A DNA stretch of 64,000 nt, from positions 62,001-126,000 of IMG/VR virus record IMGVR_UViG_3300047510_001118. The stretch is one strand, 5' to 3'. A program made the position numbers and the translations under genes. The notes below the pieces were generated by a model. The model made no database searches. It had not been told where the DNA came from and saw nothing but the letters and a program-made list of their open reading frames with translations. Each line of letters begins with the position of its first letter. Within the stretch, counting starts at the first letter, position 1. This document shows, piece by piece, positions 39,090-48,476 of the stretch.

Positions 39090-39118
39090 TTGACAGCCCA
39101 GGTCTAGTATTGTATAAT
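39090..39118 (+). promoter_or_regulatory. sigma70 promoter (leaderless start at 39125)
   Basis: TTGACA-17-TATAAT, ATG 7 nt later. Confidence 0.8.
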
Positions 39119-39124
39119 ACTAGC

Positions 39125-39808
39125 ATGAGTAAACAATTTCACCAAGCCCTCAAGACTATACTTGACATGCCCTACTATAAGAACGACCAAGCTCGTTCTG
39201 GGGCCACAGACGCAGGACACGAACAGGCCGTGGCCGACAGAGTTGAATCCGCAGGATTCACAGCAGTGTCCAAAGCACAACACCCAAAACTGACCAAAAG
39301 CCTACTGCGTCGATGGGCAGAGGGTGGCAGCGATCAAGACCTACGTCGAGCCACAGAAGGCATGCCTCCGGGTTCATTTATTGTACAGCCCGCAGGATCA
39401 CAGGGCTTTCCAGATATCCTAGTTCGAGACTTCAACGACAGATTCATAGCCCTTGAATGTAAAAGCGGTAAAAATGGACAGTGTCCCATGTGGAATGACA
39501 ACACTCCCAAACCCATGGCTATCTATGTGCTGAGTTCGGGCGTACAGAACAGCACCACAGTGTTCATGGGTCGTGATGTGATCACAGCAGAAGAACAGAG
39601 CCTAATGGATGAGCTACAGACCAAACTCACAGCCATAGTCAAAGAGTATGCTGTGAAGTTAACCAAAGTAGATCGTTTTAACAGGGGTTGGATACAAAAG
39701 GCACGTAAACAACATTTTCAAGGCGGGGGCTCGGAAAAGACTAATTACTTTACACACAGCCAACGATCAATCTGCGAAAAGAATGCCCTAGACTATGCCC
39801 AACAGTAA
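39125..39808 (+). CDS. putative PD-(D/E)xK restriction endonuclease
   Basis: GFPDILV...ALECKS; directly upstream of and overlapping an MTase. Confidence 0.65.
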   Translation: MSKQFHQALKTILDMPYYKNDQARSGATDAGHEQAVADRVESAGFTAVSKAQHPKLTKSLLRRWAEGGSDQDLRRATEGMPPGSFIVQPAGSQGFPDILVRDFNDRFIALECKSGKNGQCPMWNDNTPKPMAIYVLSSGVQNSTTVFMGRDVITAEEQSLMDELQTKLTAIVKEYAVKLTKVDRFNRGWIQKARKQHFQGGGSEKTNYFTHSQRSICEKNALDYAQQ

Positions 39809-40748
39809 ACCATTAAAGCCAGTTAACCTACACCTAAACTCTGTGACCCTCACAGACATTGAAAATCATAAGAACATCACTACCAAAGAACTGCGCAGGG
39901 ATTTGGATAACCTGAATCGCTTTGACGCCCGAGCCAATGCCAACAACTTTGCGGGCAATCCATTCCTTTATCACTATCAGTTTAAGAATCTGCTGAAATG
40001 CCGCAGACAGGATGGCAAGACCATCTATGACATACACAGTGACCCCCAGGCCTGGGCTAAACTGATTGCGGATACCAAAGTACGCAATCGCGGGGGTCGT
40101 ACTGCCGCAGGCAACGTGTTTGAGTGCTTTCGTATCAACTTGGGCAGTATCGTAATGTTCAAGGCCACCACTGCCAAATACCTGTATAAAAAGTATCGTG
40201 CTAAGAGTGTGTTAGACCCTACTGCGGGTTGGGGTGGACGTATGTTGGGTGCTTGGAGCCTGGGCATTGACTACACAGGCATTGACACCAACGTGGAAAT
40301 GAAGCCAGCATACGCAGACATGATGGCATTCTTAAAAGCAGAAACGGGCTTTGACAATGCCCTGTTTGAAGTAGACAACGGGTCTAAGTTAAACATGATT
40401 TGGCGTAGTTGCCTAGACGTAGACTTCAGCGAGCTTGACTACGACTTTGTATTAACCAGCCCACCCTATGTTAATCTAGAGCTCTACGAGCACATGACAC
40501 CCTGGCAACGGGATGAAGACTTTTACACAAACTTCTTTATACCCTTACACACCAAATGTGTCACACACATTAGGCCAGGCGGGCATGTGGCATTTAACAT
40601 TAGCCCAAAGATGTACGCAGATGCTGTCAAGCACGGACTTAGACCCTGTGATGAAGAAGAGGATCTAAAACAGCAGATGGGCCAAAAGGTGGCTGCTCTA
40701 AAAAAGGGTAAAAAGTCGCAGGACAAGATCTACGTTTGGCAGTGCTAG
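39795..40748 (+). CDS. amino (N4-C/N6-A) DNA methyltransferase
   Basis: motif I VLDPTAGWGGR, motif IV DFVLTSPPY. Confidence 0.88.
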   Translation: MPNSKPLKPVNLHLNSVTLTDIENHKNITTKELRRDLDNLNRFDARANANNFAGNPFLYHYQFKNLLKCRRQDGKTIYDIHSDPQAWAKLIADTKVRNRGGRTAAGNVFECFRINLGSIVMFKATTAKYLYKKYRAKSVLDPTAGWGGRMLGAWSLGIDYTGIDTNVEMKPAYADMMAFLKAETGFDNALFEVDNGSKLNMIWRSCLDVDFSELDYDFVLTSPPYVNLELYEHMTPWQRDEDFYTNFFIPLHTKCVTHIRPGGHVAFNISPKMYADAVKHGLRPCDEEEDLKQQMGQKVAALKKGKKSQDKIYVWQC

Positions 40749-40750
40749 TG

Positions 40751-40924
40751 TCACTGTAGTTCAATCCAAGTGGCCATGCGATCATCACACTCTACCAGTG
40801 TAACATAGTGATCAGTGAGATCGTCATACATGATGTGTATGATGCGAAAGTAGCCCTGGAACCGGAGATCCTGTACACGATTCAATTGGCTGAGGTTAAG
40901 GTCAAAGGTCCTGATTCTAGTCAT
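40751..40924 (-). CDS. 57-aa hypothetical protein
   Basis: hand-translated ORF with TAAATA (40932-40937) upstream. Confidence 0.45.
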   Translation of the reverse strand: MTRIRTFDLNLSQLNRVQDLRFQGYFRIIHIMYDDLTDHYVTLVECDDRMATWIELQ

Positions 40925-40952
40925 GGTCAAATATTTATGGATAACTACTGAT

Positions 40953-41243
40953 ATGAACTTATTACGTGCAACCCGTGACTTCTGGGTGAGAAGTTATACT
41001 AGTGATCGCAGGGCATTTTACTATGAAACCATAGCCGCAGTATGCCTATTCACATCAACTACCTATTTGGCAGTCACTGCCAATCAACCCTTGATGTACT
41101 ACATATATCCCATAAACTTCCTGGGTGCGATCTTTAGTATCTTGAGTTTCCTACGCAGAGGCGCAGGCTGGCCCTTGGTCATGACCATATATTTCGCACA
41201 CCTACACGTATTTGGCTTTGGACGCAGTCTAGGCTTTTGGTAG
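40953..41243 (+). CDS. small multi-TM membrane protein
   Basis: three hydrophobic segments. Confidence 0.65.
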   Translation: MNLLRATRDFWVRSYTSDRRAFYYETIAAVCLFTSTTYLAVTANQPLMYYIYPINFLGAIFSILSFLRRGAGWPLVMTIYFAHLHVFGFGRSLGFW

Positions 41244-41244
41244 A

Positions 41245-41436
41245 CTAGGCCACGTGGTCTTTACGGGGCACAGGTGTCATCTCTGGGTCTATCATCAGGG
41301 CCCAAAATACCCGATCTTCCCGTATGTAGAACTCTGCGTATGGCTCCACGGCGCAGGCATGTACCCACTCTGCGCACTGCCATAACTGCTCCTGAACACC
41401 CTCGGGTGCCGAAGTTCTATAACAACGTATGTACAT
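41245..41436 (-). CDS. hypothetical protein
   Basis: AGGAGCGAA RBS (41439-41447) before ATG 41436. Confidence 0.65.
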   Translation of the reverse strand: MYIRCYRTSAPEGVQEQLWQCAEWVHACAVEPYAEFYIREDRVFWALMIDPEMTPVPRKDHVA

Positions 41437-41496
41437 AATTCGCTCCTCGCTCACTGTTATTTACACAGAGCTTTAAATACTTCAAGGAGCGGGATT

Positions 41497-41709
41497 ATGA
41501 CCAAACAACAGCAGAGAACTCAGCGAATCATAGCACAGATGCGGATTCTAGCAGAAACACGCTACAGAGATCGAAATCTACAGCAGTTATATATGGTGGG
41601 ATTTCTAGCAGAACACCTGAGCAGGGCCATGGGTCAAGACAGCAAGGTCTACACAGACTTTTGGGATAATATTCAAGAGCTGGGACTTACAGAACCCGGC
41701 CCCAACTGA
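41497..41709 (+). CDS. hypothetical protein
   Basis: TAAATA at 41474, AAGGAG RBS. Confidence 0.6.
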   Translation: MTKQQQRTQRIIAQMRILAETRYRDRNLQQLYMVGFLAEHLSRAMGQDSKVYTDFWDNIQELGLTEPGPN

Positions 41710-41896
41710 TTCTAGCCCATATACGATCATAAAGATAGTAGGATGTCATCCAAACAGCATTGATGATCAAGGTGGGCACTAGAGCGGATTCCAAGCTCTG
41801 CCCTGTGACCAATAACATAATATAGGTAGTGATCAAAACCCATATTCTGTATATGACAGTTTTAACTAGACTGCGAGTAGGTGTTTCGTAGAGCAT
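41687..41896 (-). CDS. DUF2061-like membrane protein
   Basis: ETPTRSLVKTVIYR...YYLYDRIWARISWG. Confidence 0.75.
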   Translation of the reverse strand: MLYETPTRSLVKTVIYRIWVLITTYIMLLVTGQSLESALVPTLIINAVWMTSYYLYDRIWARISWGRVL

Positions 41897-41949
41897 AAAT
41901 TCCCGTTCAAGAGTCCCCTAAGCCCTAGAAGGGCCAGCGCAAAAATTTT

Positions 41950-42135
41950 TTAGTGTATGTACTCTATATAATAAGCAACAGCAGACAATAACAAAGTCAC
42001 ATATATCCAACCAAACTGTGATAAATGACCCAACTCTTCTGGCTCCGGTACTGGATAATAGCAGTCATAGTCCGGGTCATAGCGATACCGTCGGCCACTG
42101 CGTACTATGTATTCGTTGTATAGATCGTTGTTCAT
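41950..42135 (-). CDS. hypothetical protein with C-terminal TM
   Basis: 61-aa ORF. Confidence 0.5.
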   Translation of the reverse strand: MNNDLYNEYIVRSGRRYRYDPDYDCYYPVPEPEELGHLSQFGWIYVTLLLSAVAYYIEYIH

Positions 42136-42525
42136 ATTAGACTAGATCACTGGCCAGTTCGCGAGCTAGATCCTGACTGGGATCTCTTGACAAATACAAA
42201 ACAGCAAATACTGACCAAAACAACCCAAATGCTAGATAACCTATCATATAGTTTACTCCTTTGTAGTATATATGCGATGCCATTTTGGCTAGCACAGAGT
42301 CTGAATAGCCGCGAAGCGGCAGCGCCGCGGTTTTTTTGGCCTCCTAACTTCAACAGTGTATACACTATATTCTACTGTACTCACACTGTACGCTACTGTA
42401 CGCTACTGTATACGCAGCCTAAACGCACTGGCCCCGCTGCACCCACCTAGACCCATTGGTGTAATCTACCTGAGTGAACTGCCAAACTCCATTGACCCCG
42501 CTGCACTGATCTAGTATAATAAGGG

Positions 42526-42825
42526 ATGGACTCTAGACTTAGACAGTTTCTCTTGGGAATTTTGGCTATGTGCACAGTTGTGACCCTATGGCTGTGGGTC
42601 TCTGCCATAGAGATTGAAGAAGAGTTGATGGAACCTGAGTGGACAGTGCCGGAACGGTTCCTTAAGCCCGAAATCGCTGGCCCTAACTCAGTAGAAGATG
42701 ACGTAGACACTACAAAGATCTTAGAGCCCGAACCCCAGCATGGGTGGATAGTGCCTCCAGAACCCCTACGCAAGGCTGCGGGTAAGGTTAAACGGAAGAT
42801 CAAAAAGACTGTGAAAAAAGGGTGA
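42526..42825 (+). CDS. membrane-anchored hypothetical protein
   Basis: TTGACC-17-TATAAT at 42492-42520, ATG 6 nt later; N-terminal TM. Confidence 0.65.
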   Translation: MDSRLRQFLLGILAMCTVVTLWLWVSAIEIEEELMEPEWTVPERFLKPEIAGPNSVEDDVDTTKILEPEPQHGWIVPPEPLRKAAGKVKRKIKKTVKKG

Positions 42826-42847
42826 GAGTATTTGAACTATGCCTATC

Positions 42848-43416
42848 ATCGGTACGGACCGGTCAAGAAAAATATTGCTCATATCCTAGGTTTACCAGTA
42901 GCGACCGGTTGGGAAAACAGTGGCCGGTAGTGACCGCCGGTGTCTACCACCGTGAACCGGTATAGACCGAAACAGTGTTTTCACCATAAAAATCCCCTAG
43001 ATCGATGATAAATTACCATTCGGTCGCGACCGGTTCAAGGGTCTTTTAACCCTAGACACGGTAGGGTCACAGAGGATCTAAGTTAGTGTACGCTAACTCT
43101 AGATGCGAATAGTTCTTATCTACAGCGAAAAAACCGTTGTTCAAAAGCCACATCGGTCTCGACCGGCGGGTTAGTTAGTGCTTACTTAGAGAGAAAGTTA
43201 GTTGGCGCTTACATTTCTAGAAATGACAGGCACCCTCCACGTCCACCCCCGGACTGCCCGATCGAACGCATGTAGGACTAAGGTGTTATTATTATCGCTC
43301 TCTTAGTGTTTGCAGTATACTGTCACTCAGAGATTCTGTCAACCGGTAGTGACCGAATAGTTGAGTAGACTCTAGGGCTTTTCGGTAGTGACCGGTTGAC
43401 ATCGGTAGCGACCGGT
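42848..43416. repeat. non-coding hub of ACCGGT-N4-ACCGGT-like operator repeats
   Basis: copies at 42848, 42894, 42923, 42956, 43019, 43152, 43342, 43381, 43401; no credible ORF. Confidence 0.8.
43314..43342 (-). promoter_or_regulatory. leftward sigma70 promoter into the non-coding hub
   Basis: TTGACA-17-TATACT on the minus strand, with no start codon after its RBS-like AAGAGAGCGA. Confidence 0.7.
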
Positions 43417-43456
43417 GTTATACTATAGACTAGTTAATTAATTCAGGAGCGAACTG

Positions 43457-44158
43457 ATGAAACTGTTAAGTACTGCCAACCCAAAGATCCAGAAGGGTAC
43501 GAAACTGGGTTACTTGAGCTTTATCCTACACCTTGCGCCCGCAGATCTCAGTGGTCGTGAGACTTGCCCCAAGCGCACTCAAGGCTGCACCAGTGCATGT
43601 CTTAATACAGCGGGTCGTGGGGGTATGTTTAAACGGGGTGAAACGACTAACATGATCCAACAAGCTCGCATTCGTAAGACAAGGATGTTCTTTGAAGCTC
43701 GCGACGAATTCATGGCTCAACTAGAGAAAGACATTCGTTTAGGTATTAAGCAGGCCTCTAAGTTGGGATTGACACCCGTATTCCGTTTAAATGGTACCAG
43801 CGATCTTGCCTGGGAGAAGTACGGGATCATTGACAAGTTCCCAGGTGTACAGTTCTATGACTATACTAAGGTTTTGGGTCGCAAGGTCAGCCACTTAAAG
43901 AACTATCACTTGACGTTTTCAGCGGCAGATGGCAACGACAGAGATGTCCAAAAGGCCGTAGATCAAGGCATGAATGTGGCTGTGGTGTTCGATCGTTTGC
44001 CCGAAACTTACATGGGCAGGCGTGTGGAAGACGCTGATCAGCACGATCTGCGCTTCTTAGACCCTAAGGGTACAGTGGCAGGACTCAAAGCCAAGGGCCG
44101 TGCTAAGAAGGACACCACCGGATTTGTTCGTAAGACTATTATCTTGGAGGTTGCATAA
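43457..44158 (+). CDS. GP88-like phage protein
   Basis: CPKRTQGCTSACLNTAGRG, FRLNGTSD, FYDYTK, DLRFLDP. Confidence 0.75.
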   Translation: MKLLSTANPKIQKGTKLGYLSFILHLAPADLSGRETCPKRTQGCTSACLNTAGRGGMFKRGETTNMIQQARIRKTRMFFEARDEFMAQLEKDIRLGIKQASKLGLTPVFRLNGTSDLAWEKYGIIDKFPGVQFYDYTKVLGRKVSHLKNYHLTFSAADGNDRDVQKAVDQGMNVAVVFDRLPETYMGRRVEDADQHDLRFLDPKGTVAGLKAKGRAKKDTTGFVRKTIILEVA

Positions 44159-44346
44159 TGGCTCAATATGATCCGCAGGACGATCTACTGTTAGAGGACT
44201 TGGAGTATCGTAAGCAGATGGCCGTGGCCACCCTAAACGATGCCATCAATCAGATCTATAACATAGAGGGCGATCGCTGGCAAATGGCCTATGATACCCT
44301 GGAAGCCGTCATGGGTAATCTCAAGATAGAGGTTGACAACCGGTAG
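44158..44346 (+). CDS. hypothetical early protein
   Basis: GGAGG RBS; ends EVDNR. Confidence 0.6.
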   Translation: MAQYDPQDDLLLEDLEYRKQMAVATLNDAINQIYNIEGDRWQMAYDTLEAVMGNLKIEVDNR

Positions 44347-44391
44347 GGACCGGTGCTATACTATAGGCTAGATAGTTAAAAAGGAGCGAAG

Positions 44392-44655
44392 ATGTTTACA
44401 GTTGAAATCTACAAGAAGGATGCCCGTACTAAAGTGGGTGAGCGCATGGTCCACAAGGCAGATCATAATACCGATAACCTCTCAATGCTAGAGCACTCTG
44501 TGAAGAATACTTGGCGTGCATCACAGGGCTATCGCTACGAGATCCACGAGACCTATGTAACCCGACGGAACTTGATGGGCGGTGCGGAGTTCAAAGAACG
44601 CTATGACACGCCCTACTATTGCTCACCCAGTTCTGAATCTTATTGGAGTATGTGA
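44392..44655 (+). CDS. hypothetical early protein
   Basis: AAGGAGCGAA RBS; ends SPSSESYWSM. Confidence 0.75.
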   Translation: MFTVEIYKKDARTKVGERMVHKADHNTDNLSMLEHSVKNTWRASQGYRYEIHETYVTRRNLMGGAEFKERYDTPYYCSPSSESYWSM

Positions 44656-44656
44656 T

Positions 44657-44854
44657 ATGGCTACTGTAGACGGCGTAAGAGTACAGGTAGGGGACTGGGT
44701 CTCGTTTAAGAGCGACATAGAACAGTCGGGCAAGATCCAAGCAGTACTGTCGGGCAATAGGTTAGTGCTCACTAACCCTAACGGATTCCAGGGTGACTAC
44801 ATTGGTGGCTCGGAGACTACGATAGAACGTGCAGAGGACTGTTGGATCGAATAG
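44657..44854 (+). CDS. hypothetical early protein
   Basis: GGAG RBS before MATVDG. Confidence 0.6.
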   Translation: MATVDGVRVQVGDWVSFKSDIEQSGKIQAVLSGNRLVLTNPNGFQGDYIGGSETTIERAEDCWIE

Positions 44855-44916
44855 TGGTTGACAACCGGTACTGACCGGTTGTATACTGCAGTTATAGTAA
44901 ACAAAAAGGAGCGAAG

Positions 44917-45180
44917 ATGAATATCAGTACACTGCAAGCATTGGTAGAACAAGAGAATCGTTGGGGTAAATTGTTTGGGCGTCGTGAGCTCAGCCTGCTC
45001 CGCGCAGAAGATCGTCAGAAGATCGCTGGGATCATTGACAGCAGACTCAGCCCTGAGAACTTGACCTGCGATGGCGAGTTAAGCCGTGCAGAAGTGAACA
45101 GTCGCTATCGTCAATTGACCCGTGCGGCAGAAGAGTTGTTGAGCATTGACTCTAGTGTGACCTTTTACGAATTTAACTAA
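44917..45180 (+). CDS. hypothetical early protein
   Basis: AAGGAGCGAA RBS; LSPENLTCDGE. Confidence 0.75.
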   Translation: MNISTLQALVEQENRWGKLFGRRELSLLRAEDRQKIAGIIDSRLSPENLTCDGELSRAEVNSRYRQLTRAAEELLSIDSSVTFYEFN

Positions 45181-45190
45181 GGAGATTGAT

Positions 45191-45328
45191 ATGAACACCT
45201 ATCGTATTCAAGTGCGACTCAGTAACGGTATGGTCACTGAGACCGCTGTACAGGCTATTAGCCCTGCGATCGCCCGTGCCATGGTTGAGAGTCAGTATGG
45301 CGCAGGTTCCTTTTTGGGCTACCTTTAA
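45191..45328 (+). CDS. 45-aa early protein
   Basis: hand-translated, AAGGAG RBS. Confidence 0.6.
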   Translation: MNTYRIQVRLSNGMVTETAVQAISPAIARAMVESQYGAGSFLGYL

Positions 45329-45364
45329 TTGACAACCGGTCATGACCGGTAGTAAAGTATAACT

Positions 45365-45655
45365 ATGAAAGCAGTCAAACACACCGACGGAATACGCAGG
45401 ATCACCATGAAGATGGAGGTTGCTGTGGATGTTCGCCACTTGACCCTGTATGCACTGGACATGGTCAAAGGCGAGCAGTTCCCGGTGGACGTGATTTGTT
45501 CTGCTAACAAAAGGGAGATCTTTGCCCTAGCTCGAGCCAATATTCAGTCATTTGGTAAGGACACAGCAATTCAGAACGTGCCGCTGAGTCTAAACCCTGT
45601 AGAGATACAGCGAGCAATGGATCACGTTCGTAGTGTTTTTCCGGAGATTGATTAA
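45365..45655 (+). CDS. hypothetical early protein (leaderless)
   Basis: ATG 7 nt after the -10 box. Confidence 0.6.
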   Translation: MKAVKHTDGIRRITMKMEVAVDVRHLTLYALDMVKGEQFPVDVICSANKREIFALARANIQSFGKDTAIQNVPLSLNPVEIQRAMDHVRSVFPEID

Positions 45656-45960
45656 TGAATTCGATGCTTAGTTTGTATGGTAGACCTGTGGTCATGTTCG
45701 ATGTTAAGAACAAAGAACATCGTAGGATGGCACACCGGTTCTTGGTGGAACGTTCATGGGGTGGGTGCCCGGTGAGATTCGCCCTGCCCATTGGTGAGGG
45801 CAATGTCTACTCTATGGTCATGCGACTGTTGACCCAGTACTATTCTGCCAAAGAGTTTGGCCCTATTCCACAAGAGGACAGCGATCGTTGGCGTGAAGAT
45901 CTTGTGGCAAATACGCCACAGGTTGAATGGCGTAGAGCAACAGAGGTTGACAACCGGTAG
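45655..45960 (+). CDS. hypothetical early protein
   Basis: WGGCPVRF; ends EVDNR. Confidence 0.65.
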   Translation: MNSMLSLYGRPVVMFDVKNKEHRRMAHRFLVERSWGGCPVRFALPIGEGNVYSMVMRLLTQYYSAKEFGPIPQEDSDRWREDLVANTPQVEWRRATEVDNR

Positions 45961-46092
45961 GGACCGGTGCTATACTAATGATACTGTGAAAGTTAAGGGT
46001 GGTTCTGGCAGTCCTAGGTAAAACCTTAATTCAGAGTCAAATCAAGTGCGTGCCAACTCTGAGCCCAACTATTTTTGAAAAGGAGCGAACCT

Positions 46093-46290
46093 ATGTATGA
46101 CATCGTAAAGAACCCAATCCCCCGTAGCGGTCTATTCACTACGCCTACCCTGGAAGAGATCCAACGTCACATCAGCGGTCTACCCAGCGGTGAGCAGGCA
46201 GTGGCCAGCATGGTGTTCATGTTCACGCTGAACGCCTGTAACAAACTCGTAGAAGACGAGATCCTCTCTAAAGATGTATTCGCACAGTAA
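46093..46290 (+). CDS. hypothetical early protein
   Basis: AAGGAGCGAA RBS before MYDIV. Confidence 0.7.
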   Translation: MYDIVKNPIPRSGLFTTPTLEEIQRHISGLPSGEQAVASMVFMFTLNACNKLVEDEILSKDVFAQ

Positions 46291-46300
46291 GGAGCAGACT

Positions 46301-46576
46301 ATGAAGTCAGTACAAGAGATCAACTCAGCAATCATCCAAGGTACCTTTACCAATGACGAGCTCACTAGCATGATTGACGCTGTGAAGTTTGCACGTAGCC
46401 GTCTAAGTAACCAAATCAAATTCCAGGTGCGCAATGGTAGCACAGTGACATTCACTAGCAAACACGGTATGACTTATAGGGGCACTGTGGAGAAGGTGGC
46501 TATCAAATACGCCACAGTCAACACCCAAGTAGGTCGTTACAAGGTTCCTATGAACATGTTAGAGGTTGTTGCGTAA
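46301..46576 (+). CDS. hypothetical early protein (SH3-like C-terminus)
   Basis: AAGGAG RBS. Confidence 0.7.
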   Translation: MKSVQEINSAIIQGTFTNDELTSMIDAVKFARSRLSNQIKFQVRNGSTVTFTSKHGMTYRGTVEKVAIKYATVNTQVGRYKVPMNMLEVVA

Positions 46577-46656
46577 ACGCAACACACCGGTAACTACCGG
46601 TTGACAAGATAGCGGACCGGTAGTATACTATAGGCTAAGTTAACAAGGAGCGAACT

Positions 46657-46926
46657 ATGTTAAACATCAGCAAAATCGTCAAAGTCTACAACGGACGCAT
46701 AGGTTGTATGTGCGGCTGTAACGGAAAATATTCCTATACCGAAGACGGTGCCAGGAACTATGGCCCGGGCTACGACGTCACAGACAGCATCAATGAGCGT
46801 AGTGTGCGCATCATTGCTAAGAAGATCCTCAGCAATCCGAATGTAGAGTTTGAAAACAATTATGCGTTCGTAGAGGATCGCGTTCGTAACAAAATGCAAA
46901 TGGTGGTTTTTAAGGAGCAGGCATGA
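46657..46926 (+). CDS. hypothetical early protein
   Basis: AAGGAGCGAA RBS; GCMCGCNG. Confidence 0.75.
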   Translation: MLNISKIVKVYNGRIGCMCGCNGKYSYTEDGARNYGPGYDVTDSINERSVRIIAKKILSNPNVEFENNYAFVEDRVRNKMQMVVFKEQA

Positions 46927-47273
46927 TTAAATTTAATTGCGTATTAGAGACAGCCGGAAACGGCTACTGGTCGGACGTTGCTAAGTCTGTGAACGTCACT
47001 AAGATCAGCGTACCCTATGTCAACGAAGACGAGGACTTTGGTGAGCTCTGCGTTTACTTTGACAAGCAATGGGACACCCGCAAGGACGGGTTGATCTATA
47101 CGGACAGCCAGTTCCTTACAATGCTGAAAGACCGGCTCACAGAGTGTGGCTTTGATGCCACAGATGTAGACTACTCAGAGCAGGGCATGCAGGGCAACGA
47201 CTACGTGAGCTTAGACGTAGGCGAAAAGTTCCTAAAAAGTTGGTTCAATGTGGTTGACAAAGTTCTGGATTGA
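46923..47273 (+). CDS. hypothetical early protein
   Basis: coupled ORF; YSEQGMQG. Confidence 0.75.
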   Translation: MIKFNCVLETAGNGYWSDVAKSVNVTKISVPYVNEDEDFGELCVYFDKQWDTRKDGLIYTDSQFLTMLKDRLTECGFDATDVDYSEQGMQGNDYVSLDVGEKFLKSWFNVVDKVLD

Positions 47274-47315
47274 GCTTATACTATTAAAACAGTAACAAAT
47301 TAAGGAGCGAAACTT

Positions 47316-47795
47316 ATGGCAACTCGAAGCAGAATTGGCGTCATGCACGGAGATGTGGTCAAACACGTTTACTGTCACTGGGACGGTTATTTGAGCAATA
47401 ATGGTCAAATCCTACAAGAACACTACGATTCAACAAAGGCCAACAACTTGGTCGCGCTGGGTGACATTAGCAGTCTGCGCCCCGACATTGGTGAGAAGCA
47501 CGACTTTAGCCGTTTGGACAGCCCCCTGTCTGAAGACGAGTACGAAAAGCTCTACGGCAACATGACCACGTTCTACGGACGTGATCGCGGCGAAGAGAAC
47601 ACAGGTTGGAAGGTCAGCCACTCGTTTGAGGACTTCTTGGATCACGCTGCCGGATGCGGTGCTGAATGGTACTACATTCTCAGAGACGGTGTTTGGTATT
47701 GTGGCAACTTGTACAGCAGTGATTCACGCCACTACAAGAACTTGGTAGTACTGCGTGACAGCATTGAGTTGGAGTTGGCAGAGGAGGCAGCATGA
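47316..47795 (+). CDS. conserved phage early protein
   Basis: MATRSRIG...VYCHWDGY. Confidence 0.8.
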   Translation: MATRSRIGVMHGDVVKHVYCHWDGYLSNNGQILQEHYDSTKANNLVALGDISSLRPDIGEKHDFSRLDSPLSEDEYEKLYGNMTTFYGRDRGEENTGWKVSHSFEDFLDHAAGCGAEWYYILRDGVWYCGNLYSSDSRHYKNLVVLRDSIELELAEEAA

Positions 47796-48004
47796 AAGTT
47801 ATCGTAGAGACTGTGCTGACCCAAGAGCTTGAGGTTCCTGACAACTGGGATAGGTACGATGTGTTTGACTTCCTAGCAGAGAATCAATCCTTCCGTACAG
47901 CGTTCCAGGGTGTGAGCAACACGGACCAAACAGCCCGCATCATTGACGTGGGTGTGGTAACTGAAACAGTAACCGAAATGGGCGAGGAGGCCTTTGATGA
48001 GTAA
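47792..48004 (+). CDS. hypothetical early protein
   Basis: GGAGG RBS. Confidence 0.65.
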   Translation: MKVIVETVLTQELEVPDNWDRYDVFDFLAENQSFRTAFQGVSNTDQTARIIDVGVVTETVTEMGEEAFDE

Positions 48005-48179
48005 AATGGCAGAATTGGATATGTATGCTTACGATATTGAGCAACTGTATATCGATGGCTTGACTGAAAAGAACATTGCCAAGACCCTGGACATCCCCGT
48101 AGAGTACGTCTACGCTTGGATGGAGATGAATGGTGTGTGCGACGAAGAGTTCAGCCCTAACGCAACTATTAACTCCTAA
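47994..48179 (+). CDS. small HTH-like protein
   Basis: DGLTEKNIAKTLDIPVEYV. Confidence 0.55.
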   Translation: MMSKMAELDMYAYDIEQLYIDGLTEKNIAKTLDIPVEYVYAWMEMNGVCDEEFSPNATINS

Positions 48180-48190
48180 GGCCCCGCTAT

Positions 48191-48418
48191 ATGCAGATCA
48201 CAATTCAGAACCTTAGCCCTGTTGAAATCGAAATTGCGGATGCGCTTTGGGCCTGCGAGGATTTGAATGAGGTCAGAGACTACGTTCTCAGACTGCCAAA
48301 ATCATTGAGAGATCGGGCTCATGCTCTTTATCATACAATGATCTACGAAGTTATTGATCAGGAAATGGATGTTAACGATCTAGAAATGGCGAATCAAGTC
48401 ATTGACAAATATCGTTAA
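48191..48418 (+). CDS. hypothetical early protein
   Basis: 75-aa ORF. Confidence 0.6.
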   Translation: MQITIQNLSPVEIEIADALWACEDLNEVRDYVLRLPKSLRDRAHALYHTMIYEVIDQEMDVNDLEMANQVIDKYR

Positions 48419-48476
48419 TCTGCTATAATAATAAGACGATGCGGAACAGCATCTCTTTAACTACAGAGGAATTAAA

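Noticed and set aside
18052-41447. Other TTCGCTCC occurrences (~18053, ~25583, 41439) as antisense hairpins
   Set aside because: They are minus-strand RBS or coding sequence with no flanking stem.
42147-42450. ORFs 42147-42365 and 42187-42450, and the CTGTACGCTA tandem at ~42386-42410
   Set aside because: No RBS or promoter support and low complexity; only about 2.5 repeat units, with no function supportable.
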